The notes: generated by a model from the letters alone, not told the origin. A stretch of DNA of 64,000 nucleotides from Candidatus Micrarchaeota archaeon (GCA_043806595.1 JAZDGU010000004.1:8353-72352); one strand, 5' to 3'; positions 17,588 through 26,796 are shown, counted from the first letter of the stretch. Made by a program: numbers and translations.

Positions 17588-18157
17588 ATGAGGCTCGTAA
17601 TCACCGGCACGCCGGCTACTGGAAAGACTACGCTCGCCAAGGCCATTGCGGACAAGGCCGGCGCGGAGCTCGTCAAAATCAACGAGTTCGTCAAACGGAA
17701 CGGTCTCGGCAAAAAGGTGCAGGGCGGCGAGACTGAAGTCGAGCCCGCGGTCCTCGAGAAGGCGCTCAACCGCGAGCTGGAAGGAAAGCGCTCTTATGTC
17801 GTGGAAGGGCATCTGGCATGCGAGTGCAGGCTGCGCGCGGATGCGGTCGTGGTTTTGCGCTGCGACCCCGCGAAGCTTCGCCTGCGGTATCGGAAGCGGG
17901 GCTACGCGGCGGCGAAGGCCAAGGACAACCTTCTTGCGGAGGCGCTCGACTACTGCCTCGTGCGCGCCGAGACCATTTACGGCAGGAGTATGGTGCTCCA
18001 GCTGGACGCGACGCGGAAAAGGACCGCGGAAGGGGTGCTCGCCGCGCTCGCGAAGTGGAAGCCGGAGAAGGTCGACTGGGCGAAGGACATGCTTCCCGGA
18101 GGCAGGCTCTCGTTCCTGCTTCGAGAGAAAGGGTTTAAAAAGGGGGGAGGGGAATAA
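17588..18157 (+). CDS. Fap7/AK6-like nucleotide kinase (putative adenylate kinase)
   Basis: 189 aa with P-loop ITGTPATGKTT. Size and architecture fit the archaeal Fap7 family. Confidence 0.7.
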   Translation: MRLVITGTPATGKTTLAKAIADKAGAELVKINEFVKRNGLGKKVQGGETEVEPAVLEKALNRELEGKRSYVVEGHLACECRLRADAVVVLRCDPAKLRLRYRKRGYAAAKAKDNLLAEALDYCLVRAETIYGRSMVLQLDATRKRTAEGVLAALAKWKPEKVDWAKDMLPGGRLSFLLREKGFKKGGGE

Positions 18158-18184
18158 CAGCAGGGTTTTACGGAGGTGAATCTG

Positions 18185-18304
18185 ATGCCGAAGGGCAAAA
18201 AGAAGCCGAAAGACGACGACGCTTTCGACGAAGACGAGGACGAGGACTGGGAAGAGGACGAGGACTGGGAGGAAGACGAGGACCTCGACGAGGACGAGGA
18301 ATAG
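18185..18304 (+). CDS. highly acidic micro-protein (39 aa)
   Basis: Hand-translated: MPKGKKKPKDDDAFDEDEDEDWEEDEDWEEDEDLDEDEE. Strong SD GGAGGTGA 4 nt upstream. Below the ORF-track cutoff. Confidence 0.35.
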   Translation: MPKGKKKPKDDDAFDEDEDEDWEEDEDWEEDEDLDEDEE

Positions 18305-18371
18305 CTTTCCCCCAAGCCCCCTTAGCCTTTCCCACGGGAATCCGCAATTCCAAGGCAGGAGAGCGCAAGCC

Positions 18372-18914
18372 ATGCTTAAAAAAACAGCGGGCGCTAATGC
18401 CAAAAGCATGCAAACCCGCCGCGTGACCCCACAGCTGCGCCGCAGGCTCAAGAGGCCTTTCGGCAAGGTATACCCCGGAAAGACCGCAGCCGCGGCGCTC
18501 CATGGCAGGAAGGTGGTCGTGGCAGTCGGTGACATCGCCACCGAGGCGCTCCTCGAAAAAGGGATGGCCCCGACGGTCGCGGTCGTTGACTTCAAGTGCA
18601 GGAGGAGGGACGTAGCATTGCATACCGCTAGGAGAATCGCCGCGTTCAAGGCGAGGGAATTCACCGTCGATAACCCTCCCGGCGGCATCTCCTCGGCGCT
18701 AAACTCGGCGATAGCGCGCATTTTCTCGGAAAGGCTGTTTCCGGCTAAGGTGCTCGTGCGCGGCGAGGAGGACCTCGCGGTGGTTCCGGCCGTGCTGTAT
18801 GCACCGGAGGGCGCAGCGGTCTACTACGGCCAGCCGGGAAAGGGCGGGGTAATAGTCGAAGTCGACGCCAAGAGCAAGAGGAGGTTCAAGGCGATTTTCG
18901 CGGGCATGGAATAG
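18372..18914 (+). CDS. GTP-dependent dephospho-CoA kinase (DUF359 family)
   Basis: 180 aa. VAVGDIATEALLEKG and GEEDLAVVPAVLYAPEGAAVYYGQPGKGGVIVEV match the DUF359 motifs. Confidence 0.7.
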   Translation: MLKKTAGANAKSMQTRRVTPQLRRRLKRPFGKVYPGKTAAAALHGRKVVVAVGDIATEALLEKGMAPTVAVVDFKCRRRDVALHTARRIAAFKAREFTVDNPPGGISSALNSAIARIFSERLFPAKVLVRGEEDLAVVPAVLYAPEGAAVYYGQPGKGGVIVEVDAKSKRRFKAIFAGME

Positions 18915-20180
18915 ATGGAACTGCATTTCCTCGGGGGGGCAAGGGAGGTCGGCCGCAGCGCCGTGATGGCCGAGAGCGACGGCCTGCGCCTGCTGCTTGA
19001 CTGCGGCGTGAAGACCGGCAGGCAGAACCAGTTCCCGTTGATGGAGAAGGCGAAGAGGCCGCACGCAGTCGCGCTGACGCACGCCCACCTCGACCACTCG
19101 GGGTACATACCCGCGCTTTTCCGGCACCAGGCGCTGCCCGTGGTCTGCACGTTCCCCACGATTCCGCTCGTCGACCTGCTCCTCGAGGACACCATGAAGC
19201 TCGCGAGGGAGAACCGGCAGCGGGCCTACTTCTCGCGCGCGGACATGCGCAAGATGCAGAGGCACGCGGTCGCCGTGCCATACGAGCAGGACTACGCGTT
19301 CTATAACGGCGACCGGCTGAGGCTCTACGACGCCGGGCACATCCTCGGGAGCGCGCAGGCGCTCTTCCAGACGCGCTCCGGCAGCGTGCTCTACACCGGG
19401 GACTTCAACAAGGTGAAGACCGTGATGCACGAGCCGGCGAAGGTGCCAAAGGAGAAGGTCGACGTGCTCGTCACGGAGAGCACTTACGGGAACGAGGACC
19501 ACCCCGACCGCGGGGAGCTCGTCAAGAGGTTCTGCAGGGAGGTGAAGGAAGCGCTCGACAACCGCATGGCCGTGCTCGTGCCGTGCTTTGCCGTCGGCCG
19601 CACGCAGGAGATGCTGCAGGTACTCTACGAGAACAAGCTCTCGGACCGGCTCTACCTCGACGGCATGGGCCGCCTGACCTCCGAGGTCGCGCTCGGCTTC
19701 CCGTCGTACATGCGCGACGCCAAGACGTACTCCGCCGCGCTCTCCAAGGCGAGGCTCGTTACGGACGCCATCGGCCGCAAGTCCGCGGCACGCGCGGGAA
19801 ACATCATCGTAACCACAGCGGGCATGATGGAGGGCGGGCCAGTGCTGAACTATCTGGAGCGCTTCGTCAAGACCGGCACGAAGGCCAAGGTGTTCCTCAC
19901 GGGGTACCAGGTGCCGGGCACCAACGGCCGCCGGCTGCTCGAGGAAGGCAAAGTGTATTCCAACGGCCGCACGCTCGAATTCCGGGGGGAAGTCTCGTTC
20001 TACGACTTCAGCGCGCACAGCGGGAGGAAGGAGCTCATCTGGCACGCGAAGGACGTAAACCCCGGGAGGGTGCTCTGCATGCACGGCGACGCGGACAAGA
20101 TCGGCGGGTTCGTATCCGCGCTGAGGGAGGAAGGCTTCGACGCGTACGCGCCCGAGCTCGGGGAGAGGATAACGGTGTGA
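18915..20180 (+). CDS. beta-CASP family metallo-beta-lactamase ribonuclease
   Basis: 421 aa with HAHLDHSG MBL motif, downstream conserved Asp/His, and the beta-CASP region (TESTYG ... HSG). Confidence 0.75.
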   Translation: MELHFLGGAREVGRSAVMAESDGLRLLLDCGVKTGRQNQFPLMEKAKRPHAVALTHAHLDHSGYIPALFRHQALPVVCTFPTIPLVDLLLEDTMKLARENRQRAYFSRADMRKMQRHAVAVPYEQDYAFYNGDRLRLYDAGHILGSAQALFQTRSGSVLYTGDFNKVKTVMHEPAKVPKEKVDVLVTESTYGNEDHPDRGELVKRFCREVKEALDNRMAVLVPCFAVGRTQEMLQVLYENKLSDRLYLDGMGRLTSEVALGFPSYMRDAKTYSAALSKARLVTDAIGRKSAARAGNIIVTTAGMMEGGPVLNYLERFVKTGTKAKVFLTGYQVPGTNGRRLLEEGKVYSNGRTLEFRGEVSFYDFSAHSGRKELIWHAKDVNPGRVLCMHGDADKIGGFVSALREEGFDAYAPELGERITV

Positions 20181-20184
20181 GAAA

Positions 20185-20823
20185 ATGGTTCTGAACCTTG
20201 CTCATGTCGCCATAAAGGGTTGGAAGGGAATGTGGAACGGCAGGAGGGAAGTCTCGGGCCATGTGGTGGTAAGGGGAGCGCATACCCTCTCCGTCATGAC
20301 GTCAAAGTATCGCATCGCATTGAAAAATTGCGATTGCTTCAGCGTTGTGAGCTTTCCCCGACCAGAGCATTTCAGTGATTTAATAAATGCCAGCAGAGGA
20401 ACACATGAAAATGGCCCGTCTTCGTACAATCCCGTGGCCGTCGGAACTGCACACTATGAAATCCGCGGTGGCTACGCGGAACTCGTGTACCTGATGGCGC
20501 ATTACAAGCTGAAGCAGGATGCCCGCCGCCAGGGGCGAGCGGTTTTATCCGAAAAACTGCACGCGCTCCACCACGGCTGGAGACTCCAGAACCTCGAGGC
20601 CGGCATCAGATGGGCTCTCGAGAATGTGGGAGACGTCAGGATTGACAAATACTATCTTGATAATCGGGATCGGAAAAACGTGAGGGACAGTGTCTTCGCG
20701 GTATGCCGTAAGAAACGGTGGAAGCTTGAGGGGCCAACGGAAGAAAATCCTTTGTATTATACGATAAGGAGGCCAGACGGCATGGCCGATACCCCAAAGG
20801 GTAAGAAATACGCGGTTTACTAA
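20185..20823 (+). CDS. hypothetical protein (low-GC islet)
   Basis: 212-aa ORF, about 50% GC locally against about 65% background. No domain recognised. Confidence 0.45.
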   Translation: MVLNLAHVAIKGWKGMWNGRREVSGHVVVRGAHTLSVMTSKYRIALKNCDCFSVVSFPRPEHFSDLINASRGTHENGPSSYNPVAVGTAHYEIRGGYAELVYLMAHYKLKQDARRQGRAVLSEKLHALHHGWRLQNLEAGIRWALENVGDVRIDKYYLDNRDRKNVRDSVFAVCRKKRWKLEGPTEENPLYYTIRRPDGMADTPKGKKYAVY

Positions 20824-20978
20824 CCGTTTCCTCCCCTCGGGGCAACCATTAAAAACCTGCTTTCCCAAACAATTGGTGTCAGCGGTCATAGGCCGGGGGC
20901 AACACCCGTTCCCTTTTCGAACACGGAAGTAAAGCCCCGGTGCGATTCCGTCGGTACTGCCCTGCGGGTGGGAAAGCG

Positions 20979-21013
20979 GGATACCGCTGCGCTTCAACAA
21001 CCCCCAGCGCAGC
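20979..21013 (+). repeat. direct-repeat / hairpin element, upstream copy flanking RHH-PIN module 2
   Basis: GATACCGCTGCGCTT (15 nt exact) plus CAACAACCCCCAGCGCAGC. The inverted GCTGCGC/GCGCAGC arms can form a hairpin. Second copy at 21734. Confidence 0.5.
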
Positions 21014-21063
21014 TTGGGGAAGGGGGGAAAAGCCACCTCAAAGGCAAGGTATTTATATGTGCG

Positions 21064-21084
21064 TTCACATAAAAAATATGTGAA
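21064..21084 (+). promoter_or_regulatory. palindromic operator candidate upstream of antitoxin 2
   Basis: TTCACATA-AAAAA-TATGTGAA, perfect 8-bp arms, ends 5 nt before the ATG at 21090 and overlaps the AT-rich promoter. A GTGAATTT motif is also upstream of antitoxin 3. Confidence 0.45.
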
Positions 21085-21089
21085 TTTAT

Positions 21090-21332
21090 ATGACTAACGT
21101 GACACTGTCCTTCCCGGATGCGTTCTGGAGGAGGATGAAGGCGTTCCCGGAAATCTGCTGGTCGAAGGCAGTGCGGAGCGTCATCGAAGGCAAGCTCGAC
21201 GACTTCGAGGAGGCCGAGCGCCTCGTCGGAAAAAGCCGCTTTCGCGAGGAGGACGTCGCGCGCCTTTCAAAGAAGGTGGACGACGCCATGGCCAGGCATG
21301 CCGGGGCGCTGTTGAATGAAGCTCGTCGTTGA
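21090..21332 (+). CDS. RHH-type antitoxin (paralog 2 of 3)
   Basis: 80 aa, MTNVTLSFPDAF N-terminus paralogous to 847 and 56672. 17-nt overlap with the PIN gene. Confidence 0.6.
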   Translation: MTNVTLSFPDAFWRRMKAFPEICWSKAVRSVIEGKLDDFEEAERLVGKSRFREEDVARLSKKVDDAMARHAGALLNEARR

Positions 21333-21726
21333 CGCCAATATCCTCCTTTCCGCGCTGCTGCGCAAGGGATTGACCCAGCGGCTCTGGTTCCATCCGTCGT
21401 TGCGGCTCAGCGCCCCCGAGTTCCTTCTCGTCGAGGCGCGCGCGCATATAGAGGAAATGAGGCAAAAATACGGCGGCACACAGGACGAGCTGATGCGTGT
21501 GTTCAGCCTGCTGGAGAAACAATTAACCCTGGTTCAGGATGAAAAGCTCCTGCCCTTCCTGCCCGCGGCTTCCACGCTCACCAAGGACAGGAAAGACTTG
21601 CTTTATCTGGCCTGCGCCCTTTATGAGGATGCGGCCTTGTGGACGCACGACAAGGGCTTCAAATCCCAGCGGCGGATCAAAATATACTCCACGCTGGAAC
21701 TCGGGGAAGAAATCGGTTCGCTTTAA
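21316..21726 (+). CDS. PIN-domain toxin (paralog 2 of 3)
   Basis: 136 aa, MKLVVDANILLSALL ... WTHDKGF. PIN acidic residues conserved. Confidence 0.75.
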   Translation: MKLVVDANILLSALLRKGLTQRLWFHPSLRLSAPEFLLVEARAHIEEMRQKYGGTQDELMRVFSLLEKQLTLVQDEKLLPFLPAASTLTKDRKDLLYLACALYEDAALWTHDKGFKSQRRIKIYSTLELGEEIGSL

Positions 21727-21733
21727 GGCCAGT

Positions 21734-21768
21734 GATACCGCTGCGCTTTTCAAAACCCCGGCGCAAGC
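21734..21768 (+). repeat. direct-repeat / hairpin element, downstream copy flanking RHH-PIN module 2
   Basis: GATACCGCTGCGCTT exact, then TTCAAAACCCCGGCGCAAGC. Begins 8 nt after the PIN stop. Confidence 0.5.
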
Positions 21769-21843
21769 CTTACCCGGCTCCGACACGAAATAACCGAACG
21801 CTAGCGCTAGCCGCATAAAAGAAGAAAAGGGGGCCGGAGCCCT

Positions 21844-22542
21844 TCACAGGTGGAACTTCTCGCGCGTGGCACGTATTGCGGCCTTGGCGTCGTCCTGGCC
21901 GCCGAAGCCGAACGCGATGCCTATGGCGAGCGCGATGCCGTAGACGAGGCCCTGCAGTATCGTGAGGAACGACGCGGTTATGATGGTCGTGTCGAAGCCC
22001 ATCGTTGCGAGGCCGGTCACCACGCCGAGGAAGATCACGACGGCCTTCGTGAACTGCGAGAAGAACCTCGCAATCTTCGACTTGGGGCCGAGCGCCAGAA
22101 TCTTCTCCTTCGCAATCTCGCCGACGACCGCGGATAGGATGACGATGAGTATCGCGCCGATGAACACGGGGGCGTAGCCGACGACCATCGTCAGGAAGTG
22201 CGACAGCGTCCCGAGGTAGAGCAGGGTCATCGCGGCCTGCAGGAAGAGCAGCAGGATGTAGTACTTGATGAGCTTGACGAGAACCGGTTGGAGCTTGATG
22301 CTGCCGAGGGCGTCGTCCACGCCGTATTTGGCGAGCATCTTCTCGAACCGGATGAAATCGAGGAGCTTCTTGGCGATGTGCGAGATTATCGTCGCAAAGA
22401 CCCAGCCCACGAAGAGTATGAGGAAAGCCCCGAGCAAACCGGGAACCAGCTGGATCACGTTGTCGAAGAGCGAGTTCGCGCTCTTGTCAATGGCCAGGCG
22501 GAACGCGTCGCCGGCGCTTGCAATAATGTCCTCCAAGTCCAT
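21844..22542 (-). CDS. conserved TM-helix-repeat membrane protein (MscS-associated TM_helix family)
   Basis: 232 aa. Two DxxxxIxxLVPGLLGAxLILxVGW-type repeats, as recalled for the TM_helix family. Confidence 0.55.
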   Translation of the reverse strand: MDLEDIIASAGDAFRLAIDKSANSLFDNVIQLVPGLLGAFLILFVGWVFATIISHIAKKLLDFIRFEKMLAKYGVDDALGSIKLQPVLVKLIKYYILLLFLQAAMTLLYLGTLSHFLTMVVGYAPVFIGAILIVILSAVVGEIAKEKILALGPKSKIARFFSQFTKAVVIFLGVVTGLATMGFDTTIITASFLTILQGLVYGIALAIGIAFGFGGQDDAKAAIRATREKFHL

Positions 22543-22641
22543 ACACCCCCGTTTTACTGTTAAAAGAAAAAATGAAAAGCACTAACGGGTACTCGGCGGG
22601 TATATATAAGCCTTTTCCACACGGGAGAAGGCTCTGGCGGA

Positions 22642-23391
22642 TTAGGCGGTCTCGACGCGGGGCGCGAGGAAGTAGGTCAGCTGCGCCTCGCCGATCTTGT
22701 ACGTCATCTTGACGGGGTTGGCGGCCTTGAACTCGAGCTGGAGCAGGTCGTGCTCCACTGCGGCCTTGCTCATCTTGTCCAGGTATTCCGCGGGGTACAT
22801 CGCCTTCGCGGCAGCTGAGGCCTTGACCTCGACGTCCTTCGACTTCTCGTTCTCTATCCTCAGGTCGCCGGAGTCGCCGTGCGCCTCGACGACGAACGCG
22901 TGGTCGCCTGCCTCGAGCGTGAGGTGGGAGGAGACGAGCGAGGCGTCCTTGAGCATCTCCTTGAAAACGCCGGCCTTTATCCTCACCTGGGCGTCGAAGA
23001 CTGTCTTGGGCTCGCGCGGGAGGCCGGCCTCGCGGAGGTCGAGGAGCGGCAGGCGGAAGGAGCGCTTGCTTTCCGCGGTGAACTCGAAGAGGACCTTGTT
23101 GCGCTCCTCGTCGTCGAGCTTGACGGAGAGCTTCTCGTTGGGCCTGCTGCGCGCCAGTATCTTGGAGAGGTCTACGAGGTTCAACGCGATGTTGCGCACG
23201 CCCTCGACCTCGAATCCGGAGAACGAGGGGCCCTTGGGCAGCTGGAAGTCGACCATGGATATCTGGGAGGGGTCGAGCGAGCGGAGGTGGATGCCGGTGC
23301 TGGAAATCTCGAAGCTGCCCTCGTCCACGAGGTTCGCTATCGCGTCCACGCACTGCTTGAAGAATTTGGCATCCTTGAAGGTAATCTCCAT
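22642..23391 (-). CDS. pcn: DNA polymerase sliding clamp PCNA
   Basis: 249 aa, two-domain PCNA fold (MEITFKDAKFFKQCVDAI ... interdomain loop). Length and pattern typical of archaeal PCNA. Confidence 0.9.
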   Translation of the reverse strand: MEITFKDAKFFKQCVDAIANLVDEGSFEISSTGIHLRSLDPSQISMVDFQLPKGPSFSGFEVEGVRNIALNLVDLSKILARSRPNEKLSVKLDDEERNKVLFEFTAESKRSFRLPLLDLREAGLPREPKTVFDAQVRIKAGVFKEMLKDASLVSSHLTLEAGDHAFVVEAHGDSGDLRIENEKSKDVEVKASAAAKAMYPAEYLDKMSKAAVEHDLLQLEFKAANPVKMTYKIGEAQLTYFLAPRVETA

Positions 23392-23501
23392 CAGAACCCC
23401 ACCCTTGCAACTGCCCCCATTTTGGCCTTGCTTTTTTTGCCGACACTGAATACGGCAAAATCAGGTTATTAAAAGTTTGTTTGTGCCATTCCCCGGGGGC
23501 C

Positions 23502-24812
23502 TCAACCGGTTCGGAGGGGCCTTCCGGAGGCGCGGCGCGCGGTAATGCTCCCGCCGTCGAAGGCCTGTTCCCCGCGAAGGAACACGCGCGCGACCTTCCC
23601 CTTCACCCTCATGCGCTCGAATGCCGTCCATCGGCATTTCGTGAATAGCGAGTCGCCGCGCAGGGTCCACTCCTTCTTCAGGTCCACCAGCACCAAGTCG
23701 GCGTCAAGGCCTTCCGCGATCCGCCCCTTGTGCCTGATTCCGTAGATTTCGGCGGGGCGCGAGGAATAGAGGCGCACGACGTCGGGGAGGGACAATCTCC
23801 GGTCGTTGACCGCGGTAAGCAGCAGGGGCAAGGCGGTCTCGAGGCCGGGCATGCCCGCGGGCGCCTCGGAATAGCGCTTCAGTTTCTCGTCGGCGGTGTG
23901 GGGCGCGTGGTCGGTGGCGACGATGTCGACGGTTCCATTGCGCAGCGCACCCCAGAGGGCGGCGACGTGCGTTTTGCCGCGCAGCGGGGGATTCACCTTG
24001 GCGAAGTTGCCCAGCCGCGCCGCATCCGCGCCGGAGAGGAAAAGGTGGTGGGGGGTGGCCTCGCAGGTGACCCGGACGCCTTCATTTCTTGCCTCCGCAA
24101 TCAAATTGAGCTCTTCCTCTGTCGAGACGTGGCAGACGTGCAGCCTCGCCTTGGTGCGCTCGGCGACGTCGATTGCAGCCGAGACCGCCAGCTGCGCGCA
24201 CAGTTCGTCCCTGATTTTCGAGTGGTTGGCCGCGGTCTTCTCGAACTTGTCCGAGAAGTATTTCAGGCAATCTCCGCTCTCGGCGTGCACCGCGATGGGC
24301 TTGCGGAAGGCGTGGAAGTGGTCGTACAGCGAGGCGAACGCCCCGGCATCGAGTCCGCCGGTGCTCGGGCCCATGTACACCTTGAGGCCGGCAACGGAGG
24401 AATCCGAGGCGGAGCGCGCGGCCTCGCCCGCGTTGGAAGGCGTGGCGCCGAAGAAGAAGGCGTAGTCGCAGAAGGATTTCGCGGCCGCCACTTTCTTCTT
24501 GGCCTCGAGCGCGGCATGGCTCGTGGTCGGGAGCGGGGAGTTCGGCATCTCCATGACGGAGGTGACGCCGCCGGCGAGGGCCGCCGAAGAGCCGGAGAAC
24601 CAGTCCTCCTTGTAGGAGTCCTTGAAGTCGCGGAAGTGCACGTGCGCGTCGACCATGCCGGGCAGCACGTATAAGCCGGCGGCGTTGACGACCGTCTCGC
24701 CCGAATGGCATGGCAGGGACTTGCCGATTTTCGTTATTTTGCCGCCGGAGACGGATATGTCTGCGGGCACTGCCCTGCCTTCGATTACTGCCTTTCCCCC
24801 GCGGATTATCAT
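23502..24812 (-). CDS. pyrC: dihydroorotase
   Basis: 436 aa with GMVDAHVHFRDF metal-binding His pair and DHAPHT. Amidohydrolase fold. Confidence 0.85.
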   Translation of the reverse strand: MIIRGGKAVIEGRAVPADISVSGGKITKIGKSLPCHSGETVVNAAGLYVLPGMVDAHVHFRDFKDSYKEDWFSGSSAALAGGVTSVMEMPNSPLPTTSHAALEAKKKVAAAKSFCDYAFFFGATPSNAGEAARSASDSSVAGLKVYMGPSTGGLDAGAFASLYDHFHAFRKPIAVHAESGDCLKYFSDKFEKTAANHSKIRDELCAQLAVSAAIDVAERTKARLHVCHVSTEEELNLIAEARNEGVRVTCEATPHHLFLSGADAARLGNFAKVNPPLRGKTHVAALWGALRNGTVDIVATDHAPHTADEKLKRYSEAPAGMPGLETALPLLLTAVNDRRLSLPDVVRLYSSRPAEIYGIRHKGRIAEGLDADLVLVDLKKEWTLRGDSLFTKCRWTAFERMRVKGKVARVFLRGEQAFDGGSITARRASGRPLRTG

Positions 24813-24851
24813 GGCGACCGCAATAGGAAACCGGAGGCGGTATTTAACGGT

Positions 24852-25631
24852 TTAGGCCTTTGAGTATGATTGCCTTTTGCCGCCCCAGTCGAGGTAGGAC
24901 TTGCCGAAGTCGGGGTTCTTCGCGAGGTCCCCGCCGCCAAAGACAGTGCCCTGCGCGCACACGAGCCTGTCGCCGCACGCGCATTCCCCGCAGACGCCGA
25001 AGCCGCACTTCATCATCCTCTCGACGCTCACCCAGACGGGCACGCGGCGGCGGGCGCAGACGCGCACGAGCTCCACCTCCATCATCTCGGGGCCGCAGCC
25101 GTACACCGCGGAGAACCGTTCCTTGGAGAGAATCGAGTCGGCGTCCTGCGTGCAGTAGCCCTTCGAGCCCCTGCTGCCGTCGTCCGTGCACACCGACATC
25201 CTGCAGCCGAGCCTCTTGAAATCTTCCTCCAGCACCACGTCCTCGGCCTTGCGCGCCCCCGCGACTACTGTCACGCCGATTTTCCTCTTGCGCGCCTCGA
25301 CCGCAAGAAAGTACAGCGGCATGAGGCCGTAGCCGCCGCCGACGAGAAGGATGTTCCTGCCTTGCAGCTTGAAGGAGTTCCCGTAGGGCCCGCGGATTCC
25401 GACCTTGTCGCCGGGCTTGAGCTCGAGCGCCTTGGAGGAGAACTCGCCGACCTTCGCGACGGAGAGCGAGAGCGGGTCCGGCCCGTGGATGGAGATCGGG
25501 CGCTCGTTGACGCCCGGCAGCCACATCATCACGAACTGTCCGGGCCTCGAGGGCAGCGGGCGGTCGAAGGAGATGGTGCTGATGCGGTAGTTCTCCTTCT
25601 TCACTCTTACGACGGTGAAAGCCTCGGGCAT
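24852..25631 (-). CDS. pyrK: dihydroorotate dehydrogenase electron-transfer subunit
   Basis: FAD-binding RPISI, NAD-binding LLVGGGYG, and a C-terminal CGxGxCGxC ... C 2Fe-2S motif (CGFGVCGECAC). Start placed at the internal ATG giving an N-terminus like other PyrK. GTG 25697 or ATG 25688 are alternatives. Confidence 0.8.
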   Translation of the reverse strand: MPEAFTVVRVKKENYRISTISFDRPLPSRPGQFVMMWLPGVNERPISIHGPDPLSLSVAKVGEFSSKALELKPGDKVGIRGPYGNSFKLQGRNILLVGGGYGLMPLYFLAVEARKRKIGVTVVAGARKAEDVVLEEDFKRLGCRMSVCTDDGSRGSKGYCTQDADSILSKERFSAVYGCGPEMMEVELVRVCARRRVPVWVSVERMMKCGFGVCGECACGDRLVCAQGTVFGGGDLAKNPDFGKSYLDWGGKRQSYSKA

Positions 25632-25680
25632 GTCGTACTTTGAACCGAGCGCCGCGGAACCCGGCGCGGGATGCCGGATG

Positions 25681-26610
25681 CTATCCATGCGCGGCACCCA
25701 CCAATTGCTTGACCGAGGAATAGCCGTTCGCCTTCATCCACTGCCCCATTTCCGTGCAGACCTGCGAAAATACGTCGAAGCCGCGCCAGTAGACCGCGCT
25801 GCCGATGCCTACCGCAGAGGCGCCGGCCATGAGCATCTCGACGGCATCCGAGCCGGTGGCGACGCCGCCGGTGCCAATAATAGGGATTTTTACGGAGGCG
25901 TAGACGTCGTAGACGCACTTGAGCGCGATGGGCTTGAGCGCCGGGCCGGAGACGCCGCCGGACTTGTTCGCGAGCACCGGCCGACGGAGCTCGGCGTTGA
26001 TTGCCATGCCCTTCGCGGTGTTGATGGCGGTGATGCCGTCGGCGCCGGCGGATTCAACTGCCTTGGCCATGACGGAGATGTCCGCGCAGTTGGGCGACAG
26101 CTTTGCAAATACGGGAATCTTGGTCGCGGACTTTACCGCGGAGACCACTGCAGAGGCCGACTCCGGGTTGCTGGAGAAGTCGCCGTAGGAGGAGAAGTCC
26201 TTTTCAGTCGAAAGGTGCGGGCAGGAGAGGTCGAGCTCGAGGAAATCGGGCTTTGCACGCGAAATTTTCTCCGCGACCTCGGCGAACTTGCGCGGCGAGG
26301 ACTCGAAGACGCTGGCGATGACCGCGGCCTTGGTCTTCTTCTTCAGCAGGGCGACGGTCTTCGCCTCCTCCTCGACGCCCGGATTTGCCAGGCCTACGGC
26401 GTTGAGCATGTAGTGCGGCGTGCTCACGACCGTCGGGTTCGGAAAGCCCTCGCGGCCCCGCAGGTTGCAGGACTTGGTGGTGAGCGCGCCTGCGCCGCAC
26501 CTGGCGGCGAAGGACATGACGTCCGCCGAGGTCCCCAGGATTCCGCTGGCGAGCACGGTCGGGTTGGAAAGGCGCTTCCCGCAGAGGTTGGTTTCGAGAG
26601 AGGTATTCAT
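25681..26610 (-). CDS. pyrD: dihydroorotate dehydrogenase catalytic subunit (class 1B)
   Basis: 309 aa with SNPTVLASG, NAVGLANPG, and an FMN-binding TIM-barrel pattern. Directly upstream of pyrK and pyrC. Confidence 0.85.
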   Translation of the reverse strand: MNTSLETNLCGKRLSNPTVLASGILGTSADVMSFAARCGAGALTTKSCNLRGREGFPNPTVVSTPHYMLNAVGLANPGVEEEAKTVALLKKKTKAAVIASVFESSPRKFAEVAEKISRAKPDFLELDLSCPHLSTEKDFSSYGDFSSNPESASAVVSAVKSATKIPVFAKLSPNCADISVMAKAVESAGADGITAINTAKGMAINAELRRPVLANKSGGVSGPALKPIALKCVYDVYASVKIPIIGTGGVATGSDAVEMLMAGASAVGIGSAVYWRGFDVFSQVCTEMGQWMKANGYSSVKQLVGAAHG

Positions 26611-26616
26611 GTGGGG

Positions 26617-26796
26617 TCACGACTCGAGGAAGAGCCACGCGGCGAGGGAGACGGCAAAGCACGCGCCGGAAATCCACAAGAGCGGGCTTACGGCTCCGCG
26701 CTTGCGGTGCCGCGCCAGTCTCGCGAAATAGATGAACGCGCCCGCGGAGACTAGCACCACGCCCAGCAAGGCGATTTTCCGGGTATCGAGCGGCAT
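26617..26796 (-). CDS. small membrane protein (59 aa)
   Basis: Hand-translated: MPLDTRKIALLGVVLVSAGAFIYFARLARHRKRGAVSPLLWISGACFAVSLAAWLFLES. GGAGAA SD. Two TM helices. Below the cutoff. Confidence 0.35.
   Translation of the reverse strand: MPLDTRKIALLGVVLVSAGAFIYFARLARHRKRGAVSPLLWISGACFAVSLAAWLFLES

Noticed and set aside
18699-20084. 461-aa minus-strand ORF
   Set aside because: Antisense to the beta-CASP RNase gene. Composition is an artefact.
20880-20960. Possible tRNA or tRNA fragment (GGTGCGATTCCG T-loop-like, GCCGGGGG/CCCCGGTG stem)
   Set aside because: The paired arms are only about 36 nt apart, which is too short for a cloverleaf, and there is no anticodon arm. Treated as a structured intergenic hairpin only.
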